DNA of 64,000 nt, taken from positions 3,269 to 67,268 of the forward strand of contig JAGYMF010000001.1 in assembly GCA_018400695.1 (NCBI GenBank), written 5' to 3'. The stretch comes from Bacteroidales bacterium (GTDB lineage: Bacteria; Bacteroidota; Bacteroidia; Bacteroidales; GCA-2748055). Shown here piece after piece: positions 49,797-61,838 of this stretch (positions are counted from its first letter, which is position 1; each line of letters begins with the position of its first letter). A program made the position numbers and the translations under genes. The notes below the pieces were generated by a model. It ran no database searches, was not told the origin of the DNA, and saw only the letters and a list, made by a program, of their open reading frames with translations.

Positions 49797-50984
49797 TTAA
49801 TCTACTTTAACTACCAGCCCTTTAAGATATTCTCCCTCGGGATGATAGATGCTTACCGGATGGTCGGCAGGTTGCGACAGCTGGTGAAGAATCTTCACCG
49901 CTCTACCGGTATTGGCCGCTGCAGCGAAGACGGATTTTCTGAAATTTTCTCGGCTTACAGCCTGGGAACAACTGAATGTGAAGAGCAAACCTCCTGGACG
50001 GATTTTTTCAATGGCATTCTGGTTCATCTTTTTATATCCCTGCAGTGCATTGTTCAGCACACGCTGGTGTTTGGCAAATGCCGGCGGATCCAGTATGATA
50101 AGGTCATATTTCTGATCAATATCCTCCATAAACTTAAAGGCATCCGTTGCAAATTCTGCGTGGTTATCCCGGTCAGGAAAGTTGCGTTCCATATTTATCT
50201 TTGCAAGTTCGATGGCATGCACCGAACTGTCAACACTGTGCACAATTTTTGCGCCACCACCCATAGCGTAAACACTAAATCCACCCGAAAAGCTGAACAT
50301 ATTGAGGACCTCCCTGCCAGCGGCATAATGGCCAACAAGTTTTCGGTTCTCGCGCTGGTCCACGAAAAAGCCTGTCTTCTGTCCACGTTCCCAATTCACC
50401 CTGAACTGGTAACCATTTTCAAGCACTTCGCCCTCACCCTGTTCACCCAACAGCCAGGTATCTTCAGGACGCAATCCTGTTTGCAGGTGCAATGTATTCC
50501 TGCTTTTGCTGTAGACTGTCTTAACAGGGAGTCCCGGCAATGCTGTAAGCACCTTCAGAATATCATTAAGATGATGGTACATCCCGGTGGAATGGGCCTG
50601 GATAACTGCCGTACCATTGTAGTAATCAATGATCAGCCCGGGCAGTCCGTCTCCCTCTGCATTCACCAGGCGAAAAACGTCGGTCTTTCCGGGAAGATAA
50701 ACGCCCTCCTCAGTGCGATGGTTCCAGGCCTGGGTTATCCTGTTACGGAACAGATTCTCTCCCACAGGTTCTTCGCCAAGGGTAAGCATCCTGATAGAGA
50801 TAGATCCCTCCTGGTAGTGTCCTGACCCCAGCTTTTCATCCTTGTTGTCATACACATCAACAACATCACCCTCAACGGGGATGCCAACTATTTTTTTGAT
50901 TGCACCTGAGAACACCCACGGATGTCTTCTGCGCAGCGACTGGTCTTTTCCTGATTTCAGGACGATCTTCACACGTTCACTCAT
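49797..50984 (-). CDS. rlmI: Class I SAM-dependent rRNA (cytosine-C5) methyltransferase, RlmI-like
   Basis: 395 aa with an N-terminal PUA-like region and the SAM-binding VLNMFSFSGGFS and DPPAF motifs. Confidence 0.8.
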   Translation of the reverse strand: MSERVKIVLKSGKDQSLRRRHPWVFSGAIKKIVGIPVEGDVVDVYDNKDEKLGSGHYQEGSISIRMLTLGEEPVGENLFRNRITQAWNHRTEEGVYLPGKTDVFRLVNAEGDGLPGLIIDYYNGTAVIQAHSTGMYHHLNDILKVLTALPGLPVKTVYSKSRNTLHLQTGLRPEDTWLLGEQGEGEVLENGYQFRVNWERGQKTGFFVDQRENRKLVGHYAAGREVLNMFSFSGGFSVYAMGGGAKIVHSVDSSVHAIELAKINMERNFPDRDNHAEFATDAFKFMEDIDQKYDLIILDPPAFAKHQRVLNNALQGYKKMNQNAIEKIRPGGLLFTFSCSQAVSRENFRKSVFAAAANTGRAVKILHQLSQPADHPVSIYHPEGEYLKGLVVKVD

Positions 50985-51568
50985 TTGTAATTATTTAGGG
51001 ATGTTCTCAGTTTGTTGTATATCTCAAGACAGACCCATGCATCTGTCGCCGCATACCTGAGCTGCGGATCCCTGAGTTCATCCGATTCCCAGTTAGACAT
51101 CTGCTGTGATTTGGAAATCTTGTATCCAAGGACAATGGCCACAAGCTTCTTTAGACTTTTAGATTCAATTTTAAACGCCTCGACATATTTCTGCAGGTCA
51201 AGAAACCCTGCAGGGTTTATTGCAGTAATCTGCCTCATTCTGCGCATATCGTCATGAAGCCCTGCGCCAATCTTAAGAATAGCTTCATCTTCGAAAAACT
51301 CTTTTAACGCTTCGGGGATGCCGATCCTGTTGACCCTGAACAGCCATGCCACATGGCTATTAGATATCTGTATAAGCGCGATCTTATGGTTGACACCCTT
51401 TTTAAAGGAGGGCTTCGTTTCGGTATCAAATCCAAGTACAGGATAATTCCTGATCTCCCCAATAGCTTCGTGAAAAGACTGCATATCACCCACGACCCTG
51501 ATCTCCCCCTCAAACTGCCTGACTTCCAACTGGTTGATCTCCTCCTTCGTAACCTCACTTCTGAACAT
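50981..51568 (-). CDS. 3'-5' exonuclease domain protein (RNase D / DEDD family)
   Basis: VLGFDTETKP (ExoI) and a C-terminal YAATDAW (ExoIII) are present. The ATG at 51568 overlaps the upstream stop by 1 nt, and the stop overlaps the rlmI-like ATG by 4 nt. Confidence 0.8.
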   Translation of the reverse strand: MFRSEVTKEEINQLEVRQFEGEIRVVGDMQSFHEAIGEIRNYPVLGFDTETKPSFKKGVNHKIALIQISNSHVAWLFRVNRIGIPEALKEFFEDEAILKIGAGLHDDMRRMRQITAINPAGFLDLQKYVEAFKIESKSLKKLVAIVLGYKISKSQQMSNWESDELRDPQLRYAATDAWVCLEIYNKLRTSLNNYK

Positions 51569-52206
51569 CAAATATCCTCCTCATTTAAATCCTGCAACCG
51601 GGTAAAAAAGGAGTTATCGTAAGTAGGGCCCTGCTCCTCAACATCCATTTCACCCGGAGTCCCATCCCCTGCTGTTGGATCTGTTTTAGCAACATACAGG
51701 CCGTGCAGCGCACGCAATGCATACAACAGTTTTTCGCCCCAGAAATTCTCGAAATTGTCGATCACTTCCCAGACTGCATCGTTCATAATCTCTTCAATCC
51801 CCTGCCTGTACTGAAGGGTGAAATCCTTCAGATCCTGGTAGATGTCAGCAAGATCTTCAGAAATATTGTGCGTAACCAGGTCTGAACGGTCATATTCATC
51901 TTCTTCTGCGATGCGAAGGTATTCATTGTGCTTCCCCAGTAGTTGCAGTACTCTTTGGAAGACAGCAGACCATTCCTGTTCGGTAACAAACTTCTCATTA
52001 CCACTCTCCATAACAGGTTCCGGCGGTTCCACGGAGACGATCTGATAGTAGACCCTTGATAATAATGGAAGAGAAGATTGAATAAATTCCAGGCCACTCT
52101 CATGCGGCTGTTCCAGCCAGCTACAGTAATCATTGGCTGACCTCACGAAGTCGATCACCTCAGAAGCATATACTCCTGATCCCTGTATGTCATCTTCCTC
52201 TTTCAT
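51568..52206 (-). CDS. Hypothetical acidic protein (DUF5063-like)
   Basis: 212 aa. I recall that Bacteroidota DUF5063 genes sit upstream of a 3'-5' exonuclease, but I cannot verify this here. Confidence 0.5.
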   Translation of the reverse strand: MKEEDDIQGSGVYASEVIDFVRSANDYCSWLEQPHESGLEFIQSSLPLLSRVYYQIVSVEPPEPVMESGNEKFVTEQEWSAVFQRVLQLLGKHNEYLRIAEEDEYDRSDLVTHNISEDLADIYQDLKDFTLQYRQGIEEIMNDAVWEVIDNFENFWGEKLLYALRALHGLYVAKTDPTAGDGTPGEMDVEEQGPTYDNSFFTRLQDLNEEDI

Positions 52207-52249
52207 ACCGCAAAATTACAAAAAAAGAATGGTTATGTGAAAAATCCGG

Positions 52250-54154
52250 TTATTTACAAATCCTAAACACCAGGTCCTCTCCCCTGCTGATCCTCCCCTC
52301 CTCCAGCAGCATATCGACGACAGCGGTGACATCCTCTTCCTCCCTGTCAATCAGTCCGATAATCGCAGCCAGTCCGGCCGGACCGTCCTTTAAAACCTTA
52401 AGCACCGCATCAGCAATCCCTTCGAATACCTGCTGTGAGACACCTTTATCCTTTTGTCCGAGACAAACGTCACATTGGCCACACCGGCCTGCCCCCTTTT
52501 CACTGAAATAGGAGAGCAGGAACTGGCTACGGCATTTCGTTTCTGTCCCGGCATAATCAAGCATTTGTGTGACACGCTCAATATAGCGCTCCTTACGGAA
52601 TATATAGCGTTCAGCAGAGATCCGTATATTTCGCTCTTCCAGGCGTTCTTCCAGCAGGGTAATTACCGGATTGTTCTTCTTCGGAATAAAACTGATCAGC
52701 TTCATACCGGAAAGCTTAACAAGGTACTTATATACTTCATCCTGGTTCAGTCCGGAACGGCGTGAAAGCGTATATTCATCGATCGCGACATACTGCGAGA
52801 AGAGTCCGGTATAGGACCGCAGCAGCAGTTTAATGAAGGCGTCGAACTCCGGGTTACGGACCTGGAATTTGTAGAGTTCTTCACGGCCCACCGTAAAGTG
52901 GATCCGGGAAGGATTATTGATCTCGTCGGTAATCTCAAAATAGCCCTCACGTGCCAGGATACTCAACGCACTGGTGACCGTCATCGCATTGAATTTATTC
53001 TTCGAAAGAAACTCCCCGAGGATAAAATCCATGGACAATCCCTTGCCACTGCCAACCGGCACCTGCAGATGATTAAACAGAGCCTTGTAGATCTCCCTGA
53101 GGGTAATGAACCCCGGAAAATTCACGTCTATACGCTTCTCCGCCTGCCGCTTATCTGCATTGCTGTAGAGCAGGATGGCCCACGCTTTCTCCTCATCCCT
53201 GCCGGCCCTTCCGGCTTCCTGGAAATAGGCCTCGGGTGAATCCGGCAGGTCGATATGGATCACGAAACGCACGTCGGACTTATCGATCCCCATGCCGAAA
53301 GCATTGGTCGATACCATGATCCGTATTTTACCCTGCTGCCACTCCTCCTGCTTCCTCATTCGTTCCTCGAACTTCAACCCGGCATGGTAATAATCGGCAC
53401 GAACTCCATGCTTCACCAGTAATTGCGAGAGCTCCCTGGATTTTCTCCGGTTGCGGACGTACACCACGCCAGTGCCCTGCACCTTTTCCGCAATTTTCAA
53501 CATCTCCCGGTGTTTGTCTTCTGTTTTTCTGACTACGTAAACCAGGTTGGTCCTTTCAAAACTCTTTTTCAGCAGTTTCCCATTTCTGAATGCCAGTCTG
53601 TCCATGATATCCTTTGCAACCCGGGAAGTTGCTGTCGCTGTCAGCGCAAGCACCGGAACATCCGGCAGAATCTCCCGCAGTTCCGAAATCTGCAGGTAAG
53701 AAGGGCGGAAATCATATCCCCACTGAGAGATGCAATGGGCCTCATCTACAGCGATCAGGTTCACATTCATCTGCTGAACCCTTGACCGAAAGATCTTGGT
53801 GACCAGCCGTTCCGGAGAGAGGTAAAGAAATTTATAGCCACCAAAAATACAGTTGTCGAGTGCAATGCTGATCTCATCCCTGGTGAGCCCGCTGTGTATG
53901 GCCATAGCCTTGATGCCCCTTGCCTTGAGATTCTCCACCTGGTCCTTCATCAGGGCGATCAGCGGGGTGACCACCAGGCAGATGCCATCCCGGGCCAGAG
54001 CAGGAACCTGGAAAGTAATGGATTTACCACCTCCCGTGGGCATCAGGGCCAGCGTATCAACCCCGGAACCTGCAGATTCCACAATATCCTCCTGCAGGGG
54101 ACGAAATGAAGAATACCCCCAGTACTGCTTGAGTATATCATGATAGAGACTCAT
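52250..54154 (-). CDS. recQ: RecQ-family ATP-dependent DNA helicase
   Basis: 634 aa with helicase motifs (PTGGGKS, DEAHCISQWGYDFRP, TATAT, QEAGRAGRD). The C-terminus has CxxC pairs. Confidence 0.9.
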   Translation of the reverse strand: MSLYHDILKQYWGYSSFRPLQEDIVESAGSGVDTLALMPTGGGKSITFQVPALARDGICLVVTPLIALMKDQVENLKARGIKAMAIHSGLTRDEISIALDNCIFGGYKFLYLSPERLVTKIFRSRVQQMNVNLIAVDEAHCISQWGYDFRPSYLQISELREILPDVPVLALTATATSRVAKDIMDRLAFRNGKLLKKSFERTNLVYVVRKTEDKHREMLKIAEKVQGTGVVYVRNRRKSRELSQLLVKHGVRADYYHAGLKFEERMRKQEEWQQGKIRIMVSTNAFGMGIDKSDVRFVIHIDLPDSPEAYFQEAGRAGRDEEKAWAILLYSNADKRQAEKRIDVNFPGFITLREIYKALFNHLQVPVGSGKGLSMDFILGEFLSKNKFNAMTVTSALSILAREGYFEITDEINNPSRIHFTVGREELYKFQVRNPEFDAFIKLLLRSYTGLFSQYVAIDEYTLSRRSGLNQDEVYKYLVKLSGMKLISFIPKKNNPVITLLEERLEERNIRISAERYIFRKERYIERVTQMLDYAGTETKCRSQFLLSYFSEKGAGRCGQCDVCLGQKDKGVSQQVFEGIADAVLKVLKDGPAGLAAIIGLIDREEEDVTAVVDMLLEEGRISRGEDLVFRICK

Positions 54155-54230
54155 ATTTTACTGATTTTCAATCCCCTGAATAATAATTGTTAACAATTCT
54201 TAAACCATGGGAAAGTAGCCTGTTTATTGA

Positions 54231-55751
<1,521 letters not shown>

Positions 55752-55796
55752 TAAGCACTTGATTAAACCGTTTCTTAACTATAAACACGCTGAACC

Positions 55797-57749
55797 ATGA
55801 TCAAACCACGCATCTTTCTGTCTCTTTTGTTCCTCACTGCCCTCCTGTCAAATATTTTTTCACAGGATATACTGATGACCATCGGTGACAAAGAGATTTC
55901 GCTTGACGAATTCGAAAGAATCTATAATAAAAATAACAGTAGCATCACAACAAACAAACAGACACCGGAGGAGTACCTGGATCTGTTTATCAACTTCAAG
56001 TTAAAAGTAATTGAAGCTGAGAACCTTGGCATGGATACCACCGAAAAATTCCTCCAGGAATTTAATTCCTATAAAGATCAGCTCGCACAGCCCTATATGA
56101 CCGATGAAGAGACAAAAATGCAACTAATGGAAGAGGCCTATGAGCGGATGAAATGGGACATCCATATCAGTCATATCCTGTTGGGTATGGACAACCAGGC
56201 TACCCCTGAAGATACGTTGGAGCTATACGAGAAGGCGATTGAGATCAGAGACCGGATTATCGAAGGTGAAGACTTCTCCGAAGTCGCCCGTGCCACATCC
56301 GACGATCCCAGTGTAAGAATGAATGGCGGTGACCTGGGATATTTTACTGTTTTTATGATGGTCTATCCGTTCGAAACGGCTGCATATAACCTGGAGAACG
56401 GAGAGATTTCCATGCCGGTGCGGACGGAATACGGTTACCATATCTTAAAGAAACACGAGAAACGCCCGGCTGTAGGAGAAGTCTTGCTTTCCCACATCTT
56501 TCTCGCAACACCAGAAGGATCGCCTGAACAAAAAAAGGAGGCAGCAAAGTCACTGGCTATGGCACTGGGCGACAGTATCCGAATGGGAACTGACTTTGGT
56601 GAGCTGGCCATGCGGCACAGTGACGACAGAAACAGTGCCGTCAAAGGAGGTGAACTGCCATGGCGGGGAACCGGCAGATATTTCAAAGAGTTCGAAGAAA
56701 AGGCCTTTGCCCTGAAAGAGCCGGGAGATATTACCAAACCTTTCCAATCATTTTACGGTTGGCACATCATTAAGCTGCTGGATAAAAAAGAGATTGGCAC
56801 ATTTGATGAAATGAAATCAACCCTGGAATCGAGGGTAGGCCGTGGAGACCGCGACAGGGTCAAAAGAAAAAAATACCTCGACAAACTGAAAAGCGATTAT
56901 AATTTCTCTCTGAATGAAGCAGGATACAAAACGCTGTACACCATGGTAGACTCCTCTGTTTTCAAAGGAGAATGGAAGATCTCAGGAAATGACCTCGGTA
57001 TAAATGAACCCCTCTTCACCATCACCGGAAAAAAGATCACACTCGGCGATTTTGCCGCACACATCGAAAAGACCCAGAGAAAACGCAATCCCATCCCGAT
57101 CGAGAACTACGTGGATATGAAGTTTAATGAATACCTGGAAGATTTTCTGCTTAAAGTGGAAAAAGAGAGCCTGCCGGAAAAATATCCCGGGTACAAACAT
57201 ATCCTTCAGGAATACCACGACGGAATCCTGCTCTTCGATCTGATGGACCAGAAAGTGTGGACCAAAGCAGTGAAAGACACTACAGGACTGGAAAAATTCT
57301 TTGCAGAGCACCGTACAGATTATATGTGGAGTGAACGAATGAAGGCGCTGGTGGTTACCGGCGACAGTACAGTAAATATGCGCAAGGTTCAGCGGAAGGC
57401 GAAAAAAATTGCCTCTGGAAGATGGGATGAAGATAAGCTGAATAAAAAATTCTGCGATGATACTACGGCCTGTATTTCGGTTGAGGAGGTTATTGCCGAA
57501 CCGGGTAAGAACAAACATATCGATGCACTGAACAGTACCCCGGGAACAGGCAATATATACGAAGAAGATGGAAACTTCCGGTTCGTTATTGCTACGGAAA
57601 AACTTCCCCCAATGGAGAAAGAGCTCCATGAAACGCGGGGACAGGTAACATCCGACTACCAGGATTACCTGGAGAAAAACTGGATCGAAGAACTCAGAAT
57701 GAAGTACCCGGTAGTTGTAAACAAGGAACTTTTATCGGAAATAGAATAA
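55797..57749 (+). CDS. Periplasmic peptidyl-prolyl isomerase (parvulin type, SurA/PpiD-like, two rotamase domains)
   Basis: 650 aa with a signal peptide. There are two parvulin signatures (GGDLGYF...YGYHILK and GGELPW...YGWHIIK). Confidence 0.8.
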   Translation: MIKPRIFLSLLFLTALLSNIFSQDILMTIGDKEISLDEFERIYNKNNSSITTNKQTPEEYLDLFINFKLKVIEAENLGMDTTEKFLQEFNSYKDQLAQPYMTDEETKMQLMEEAYERMKWDIHISHILLGMDNQATPEDTLELYEKAIEIRDRIIEGEDFSEVARATSDDPSVRMNGGDLGYFTVFMMVYPFETAAYNLENGEISMPVRTEYGYHILKKHEKRPAVGEVLLSHIFLATPEGSPEQKKEAAKSLAMALGDSIRMGTDFGELAMRHSDDRNSAVKGGELPWRGTGRYFKEFEEKAFALKEPGDITKPFQSFYGWHIIKLLDKKEIGTFDEMKSTLESRVGRGDRDRVKRKKYLDKLKSDYNFSLNEAGYKTLYTMVDSSVFKGEWKISGNDLGINEPLFTITGKKITLGDFAAHIEKTQRKRNPIPIENYVDMKFNEYLEDFLLKVEKESLPEKYPGYKHILQEYHDGILLFDLMDQKVWTKAVKDTTGLEKFFAEHRTDYMWSERMKALVVTGDSTVNMRKVQRKAKKIASGRWDEDKLNKKFCDDTTACISVEEVIAEPGKNKHIDALNSTPGTGNIYEEDGNFRFVIATEKLPPMEKELHETRGQVTSDYQDYLEKNWIEELRMKYPVVVNKELLSEIE

Positions 57750-57753
57750 CATT

Positions 57754-58614
57754 TTGAAGAAATACCTTAACATTGGATCAATGGCCATCATGGCCCTCAT
57801 GCTTGCCTTCGCATCATGCAGCCTCATCGAACCTGAAAAAGGAACCAGACCTGTAGCACGGGTATTTGAAACGTACCTGTACGAAGACGACATTAAATCC
57901 TTTATTCCTGAAGACGTCAGTGCAGAGGATTCGGTCGCAATTGTTCACAGCTACATCGATAAATGGGTGCGTAAGCAGTTAATGCTCAGCAAGGCAGAAG
58001 AGGCCCTTACGGAAGACCAGAAAGATGTTGAGAAGAAAATTGAAGAATACAGGTCCTCCCTGCTGATCTACTCTTACCGACAGAAGCTCCTCCTTCAGAA
58101 GATGGATACCATTGTCACTGATGAGGAGATCCAGGAATACTATAACAACAATATCGATAATTTCATGCTCTCTGCCGAGATCGTGAAAGCGACCTTCGTG
58201 AAGGTCCCCCTTACTGCTCCCGATCTCAGTAATGTGCGCAGTTGGATCAGGTCAGAAAAAGTTGAAGACCTGGACAAACTAGAAAAGTATTGTTTTAATT
58301 ATGCAGAAAAATTTGACAATTTCAATGATTCCTGGATCTATTTCAAGACGTTGATGAAACAGTTTCCGCTGGCCATCGACCAGCCGGGAAGATTTTTAAG
58401 ATATAACAACAACATTGAGACGAGTGATTCGATGTTCCACTATTTCCTCCATATTTCGGACCATAAATCCGAAGGAGAGGTCACACCCCTGGAACTCATC
58501 AGGGATGATATCATCAGTATCCTGCTAAACAAGCGCAAGATCGAATTTTACAATGACCTGGAAAAAAAGGTATACAATGAGGGGGTAAACCGACAACAAT
58601 TTGAAATCTATTGA
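57754..58614 (+). CDS. Hypothetical lipoprotein, SurA-N-like chaperone domain without a rotamase domain
   Basis: 286 aa with a lipobox-like LAFASCS. It is embedded between two PPIase genes. The start is TTG at 57754, or the ATG at residue 10. Confidence 0.45.
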   Translation: MKKYLNIGSMAIMALMLAFASCSLIEPEKGTRPVARVFETYLYEDDIKSFIPEDVSAEDSVAIVHSYIDKWVRKQLMLSKAEEALTEDQKDVEKKIEEYRSSLLIYSYRQKLLLQKMDTIVTDEEIQEYYNNNIDNFMLSAEIVKATFVKVPLTAPDLSNVRSWIRSEKVEDLDKLEKYCFNYAEKFDNFNDSWIYFKTLMKQFPLAIDQPGRFLRYNNNIETSDSMFHYFLHISDHKSEGEVTPLELIRDDIISILLNKRKIEFYNDLEKKVYNEGVNRQQFEIY

Positions 58615-58618
58615 AAGA

Positions 58619-59974
58619 ATGAAAAAGCTAGAATACCTGTTTATAATACTGATCATCCTGGGAGGTGTCCGCAACGTCACCTCACAGGAGAATGCTTATA
58701 TACTGGACAGGGTAGTGGCCGTAGTAGGGGATTTTCATGTGCTGCAATCGGATATTGAGGAGCAGTATCTTCAGATAAAAATGAACCAGCCCTACCTGCC
58801 AAAAGAGGTTAGATGCGAAATACTGAATTATTTCATTGAGCAAAAGCTGCTGATGACCCAGGCCAAGATCGATAGCATTGAGGTATCTGAAGGACAGGTA
58901 GAGATGTCGATGGAATCCAGACTGAACATGTTTATCAGTCAGTTCGGCAGCGAAGAGGAGATGGAGGAATATTTCAACAAGTCAATTTTCGATATCAGGG
59001 ATGATCTCAGAAAAACCATGAAGGAGATGATGATCACCCAGCAGGTCGAACAATCGATCGTGGGTGAAATAAACCCAACTCCTTCGGAAGTGAAAGAATT
59101 CTACAGATCGCTCCCTAAAGACAGCATCCCCTATATAGATTCTGAAGTTAAAATTGCCCGTATCATCGCCTATCCTCCAGTAAATGAGGATGCCATTTTT
59201 GATGTCAAGGAGCGGCTGCTAAAACTGCGGGAAAGAATTATCAACGGTGAAAGCATGTCAACACTGGCCATTCTCTACTCAGATGACCCTTCTGCAGCAT
59301 CCAATTTCGGTGAAATCGGTTTCCTGAATAAGCGCGATCTCGATCCAGCCTATGCTGAAACAGCCTGGGCACTGAAAGATGGCCAGGTATCCAAGATCGT
59401 CGAATCATCCTTCGGCTACCATATCATCCAGTCGGTGGAGCGCAGAGGAGAACGGCTCAACACCAGGCATATTCTGTTACAACCCAAGGTAGACGCTTCA
59501 GCCAAAGGAAAAGCACTGTCGAAGCTGGACAGCCTTAGAACGGCCATTATCTCCGATTCCATAACATTTCACCGGGCTGCCATCTTCTACTCTGAAGATG
59601 AAAAGACCAGGGCCAACGGCGGTATTGTAGTTAATCCGTCAAACCAGGCTGCAACATTCAGGCTGGATGAGCTTCAGACGAAAGACTACTATACCATCAG
59701 GGAGATGGAGGTGGGCGATATCTCAAAACCTTACGAATCGACTGATGAAAATGGCAAGCTCTGCTATAAGATGGTCAAACTGATATCCAGGACCGAACCA
59801 CACCGGGCCAACCTTGAACAGGACTACCTGCTCCTGCAGAATATGGCACTGACGAAAAAGCAGAATGAGATTATGTCAGAATGGTACCGTGACAAGAAGA
59901 AGAAAACCTACATACGGGTCGACGAATCATTCCAAAACTGTCTGAACAGTAACGATGAGCTTTCAACCCTGTAA
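58619..59974 (+). CDS. surA: Periplasmic chaperone/peptidyl-prolyl isomerase SurA
   Basis: ~452 aa with a signal peptide, a SurA N-domain and two parvulin domains (GEIGFL...FGYHIIQ and GGIVVNP). The ATG at 58619 is preferred over the TTG at 58601. Confidence 0.8.
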   Translation: MKKLEYLFIILIILGGVRNVTSQENAYILDRVVAVVGDFHVLQSDIEEQYLQIKMNQPYLPKEVRCEILNYFIEQKLLMTQAKIDSIEVSEGQVEMSMESRLNMFISQFGSEEEMEEYFNKSIFDIRDDLRKTMKEMMITQQVEQSIVGEINPTPSEVKEFYRSLPKDSIPYIDSEVKIARIIAYPPVNEDAIFDVKERLLKLRERIINGESMSTLAILYSDDPSAASNFGEIGFLNKRDLDPAYAETAWALKDGQVSKIVESSFGYHIIQSVERRGERLNTRHILLQPKVDASAKGKALSKLDSLRTAIISDSITFHRAAIFYSEDEKTRANGGIVVNPSNQAATFRLDELQTKDYYTIREMEVGDISKPYESTDENGKLCYKMVKLISRTEPHRANLEQDYLLLQNMALTKKQNEIMSEWYRDKKKKTYIRVDESFQNCLNSNDELSTL

Positions 59975-61509
59975 TGAAATCCCTGTCCAAACCGGCCCGT
60001 TACCTTAAGTCCCTTGCGGTATTTGTTATATCACTACTGACCGCTACAGCGATCCATGCACAGCAAGTCAGGCAGATAGAAATCCTCAACGCTGATATCA
60101 TCCGTTCAGACCGATCACTTGGCAAAGGAGCACAGAAATTATTGGGTAACGTAAAATTCAGTCACGAAGATGCCATTATGACGTGCGATTCGGCCTACTT
60201 CTATTCGGAAACTTATTCAATGGATGCATTCAGCAACGTGACAATCGAACAGGGAGATACACTGTTCCTCTACGGTGACCGGGTACACTACGAAGGTGAA
60301 GCACGCATCGCAAAGGTCAGGGACAATGTAAAGCTTATTGATGACAGTACAGTGCTGATAACCGAATTCCTCGACTACAACAGGGAAACCGATATTGCAT
60401 ATTACTATAACGGAGGGGTCATCACCGAAGGGGAAAACAGGCTCACCAGTGAAGAGGGCCAGTATAATACACAAACCAAGATCTTTCATTTCAAGGACAG
60501 CGTGGTGATCGTTAACCCTGATTATACCATGCTTTCCGACACGCTGCATTACCATACCATCACAAAAATATCCTACTTCTTTGGTCCCACAGAGATCATC
60601 GGGGAAGACAACTTCCTTTATTGTGAGAGCGGATGGTATGACACAGAGAAGGATGTCTCCCTGATGTACAACAATACATTTCTGAAACGGGAAGGGAGAA
60701 CCCTGAAAGGAGACACCCTCTATTATGAAAGAGAATCCGGTTTTGGCAGGGCAGTTTCAAATGTGGAACTATTCGATTCAACACAAAATGTTATCCTCAG
60801 GGGCAACAAGGGTTTGTATTACGAGGTGAAGCAACTGGCAACACTCACTGACAGTGCGCTGATGATCCAGATAGAAGGAGCTGATTCCCTGTTTGTTCAT
60901 GCTGACACCCTGCGATCTATTCTTGATACAGCAAGCACCTCCGAACAAAAGATTCTGCTGGCATATTACAAGGTCAAATTCTTCAGAAAAGATATCCAGG
61001 GAATGTGCGATTCCCTGGCATACATAGAGAAGGACAGCACCTTTCACATGTATGGGGAACCCATCATATGGGCAGATGAAAACCAGATTAATGCCACAAA
61101 GATCGAACTGCAGACCAGCAACGAGCAGCTGTACCGCCTTTACCTCCGCGATATCGCATTGCTCATATCACGCGAAGATTCTTCCATGTATAATCAGATC
61201 AGGGGCAAGAGCATGACAGGTTACTTCAAAGACAACGACCTCGTGAGGCTGGATGTAACCGGTAACGGACAATCTGTCTACTACGCAGATGACAACGGTG
61301 AGATCATAGGCGTAAACCGTTCTGAATGCTCCGATCTTATCATTTACCTGGAAGACAATAAAGTCAGCAGAGTGAATTACCTGGTCAAACCCAGTGGAAA
61401 ATACTATCCGCTGGATATGTTTCCGGACGACCAAAAAACCCTTGACGGATTCAGCTGGAACCAGGAATGGCGGCCGTTAAAGTTCAGTGATGTCTTTTTA
61501 TGGAAATAA
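59974..61509 (+). CDS. OstA-like (LptD N-terminal/LptA-fold) repeat protein
   Basis: 511 aa with a signal peptide and repeated beta-jellyroll-like segments. Its ATG overlaps the surA stop (TAATG). This context is typical of Bacteroidota OstA-like genes. Confidence 0.65.
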   Translation: MKSLSKPARYLKSLAVFVISLLTATAIHAQQVRQIEILNADIIRSDRSLGKGAQKLLGNVKFSHEDAIMTCDSAYFYSETYSMDAFSNVTIEQGDTLFLYGDRVHYEGEARIAKVRDNVKLIDDSTVLITEFLDYNRETDIAYYYNGGVITEGENRLTSEEGQYNTQTKIFHFKDSVVIVNPDYTMLSDTLHYHTITKISYFFGPTEIIGEDNFLYCESGWYDTEKDVSLMYNNTFLKREGRTLKGDTLYYERESGFGRAVSNVELFDSTQNVILRGNKGLYYEVKQLATLTDSALMIQIEGADSLFVHADTLRSILDTASTSEQKILLAYYKVKFFRKDIQGMCDSLAYIEKDSTFHMYGEPIIWADENQINATKIELQTSNEQLYRLYLRDIALLISREDSSMYNQIRGKSMTGYFKDNDLVRLDVTGNGQSVYYADDNGEIIGVNRSECSDLIIYLEDNKVSRVNYLVKPSGKYYPLDMFPDDQKTLDGFSWNQEWRPLKFSDVFLWK

Positions 61510-61536
61510 AAAAGGAGCCGGTAATGGCTCCTCATC
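61508..61536. terminator. Bidirectional intrinsic terminator
   Basis: aaaaaa-ggagcc-ggtaat-ggctcc forms the hairpin. On the minus strand the stem is followed by UUUUUU. It sits between convergent genes. Confidence 0.6.
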
Positions 61537-61538
61537 TT

Positions 61539-61760
61539 TCAATATTCATCTTCGTTGAAGAAAAAATCATCCTTGCTCGGATAATCAGGCCAGATATCTT
61601 CTATACTTTCATAGATCTCACCTTCATCTTCAATCTCCTGCAAGTTTTCAATTACTTCCAACGGAGCGCCTGACCTGATGGCAAAATCGATCAGTTCATC
61701 CTTGCTCGCCGGCCATGGCGCATCCTCTAATTTCGAAGCTAATTCAAGTGTCCAGTACAT
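61539..61760 (-). CDS. DUF2795-like small protein
   Basis: 73 aa. The WPASKDELIDFAIRSGAPLEVIENLQEIEDEG motif is typical of DUF2795. Confidence 0.65.
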   Translation of the reverse strand: MYWTLELASKLEDAPWPASKDELIDFAIRSGAPLEVIENLQEIEDEGEIYESIEDIWPDYPSKDDFFFNEDEY

Positions 61761-61838
61761 AGTATTAAGTAATTGCCAGTATGATTATAGCACCTATTTA
61801 CCAAGCCGCAAATATAGAATTTTTTTTTATTAAACCAA

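Noticed and set aside
49842-50825. 327-aa plus-strand ORF, the longest unassigned ORF in the track
   Set aside because: It is entirely antisense to the well-supported RlmI-like gene. Its product is Cys/His/Arg-rich and low in complexity with no recognisable motif, as expected for a shadow ORF.
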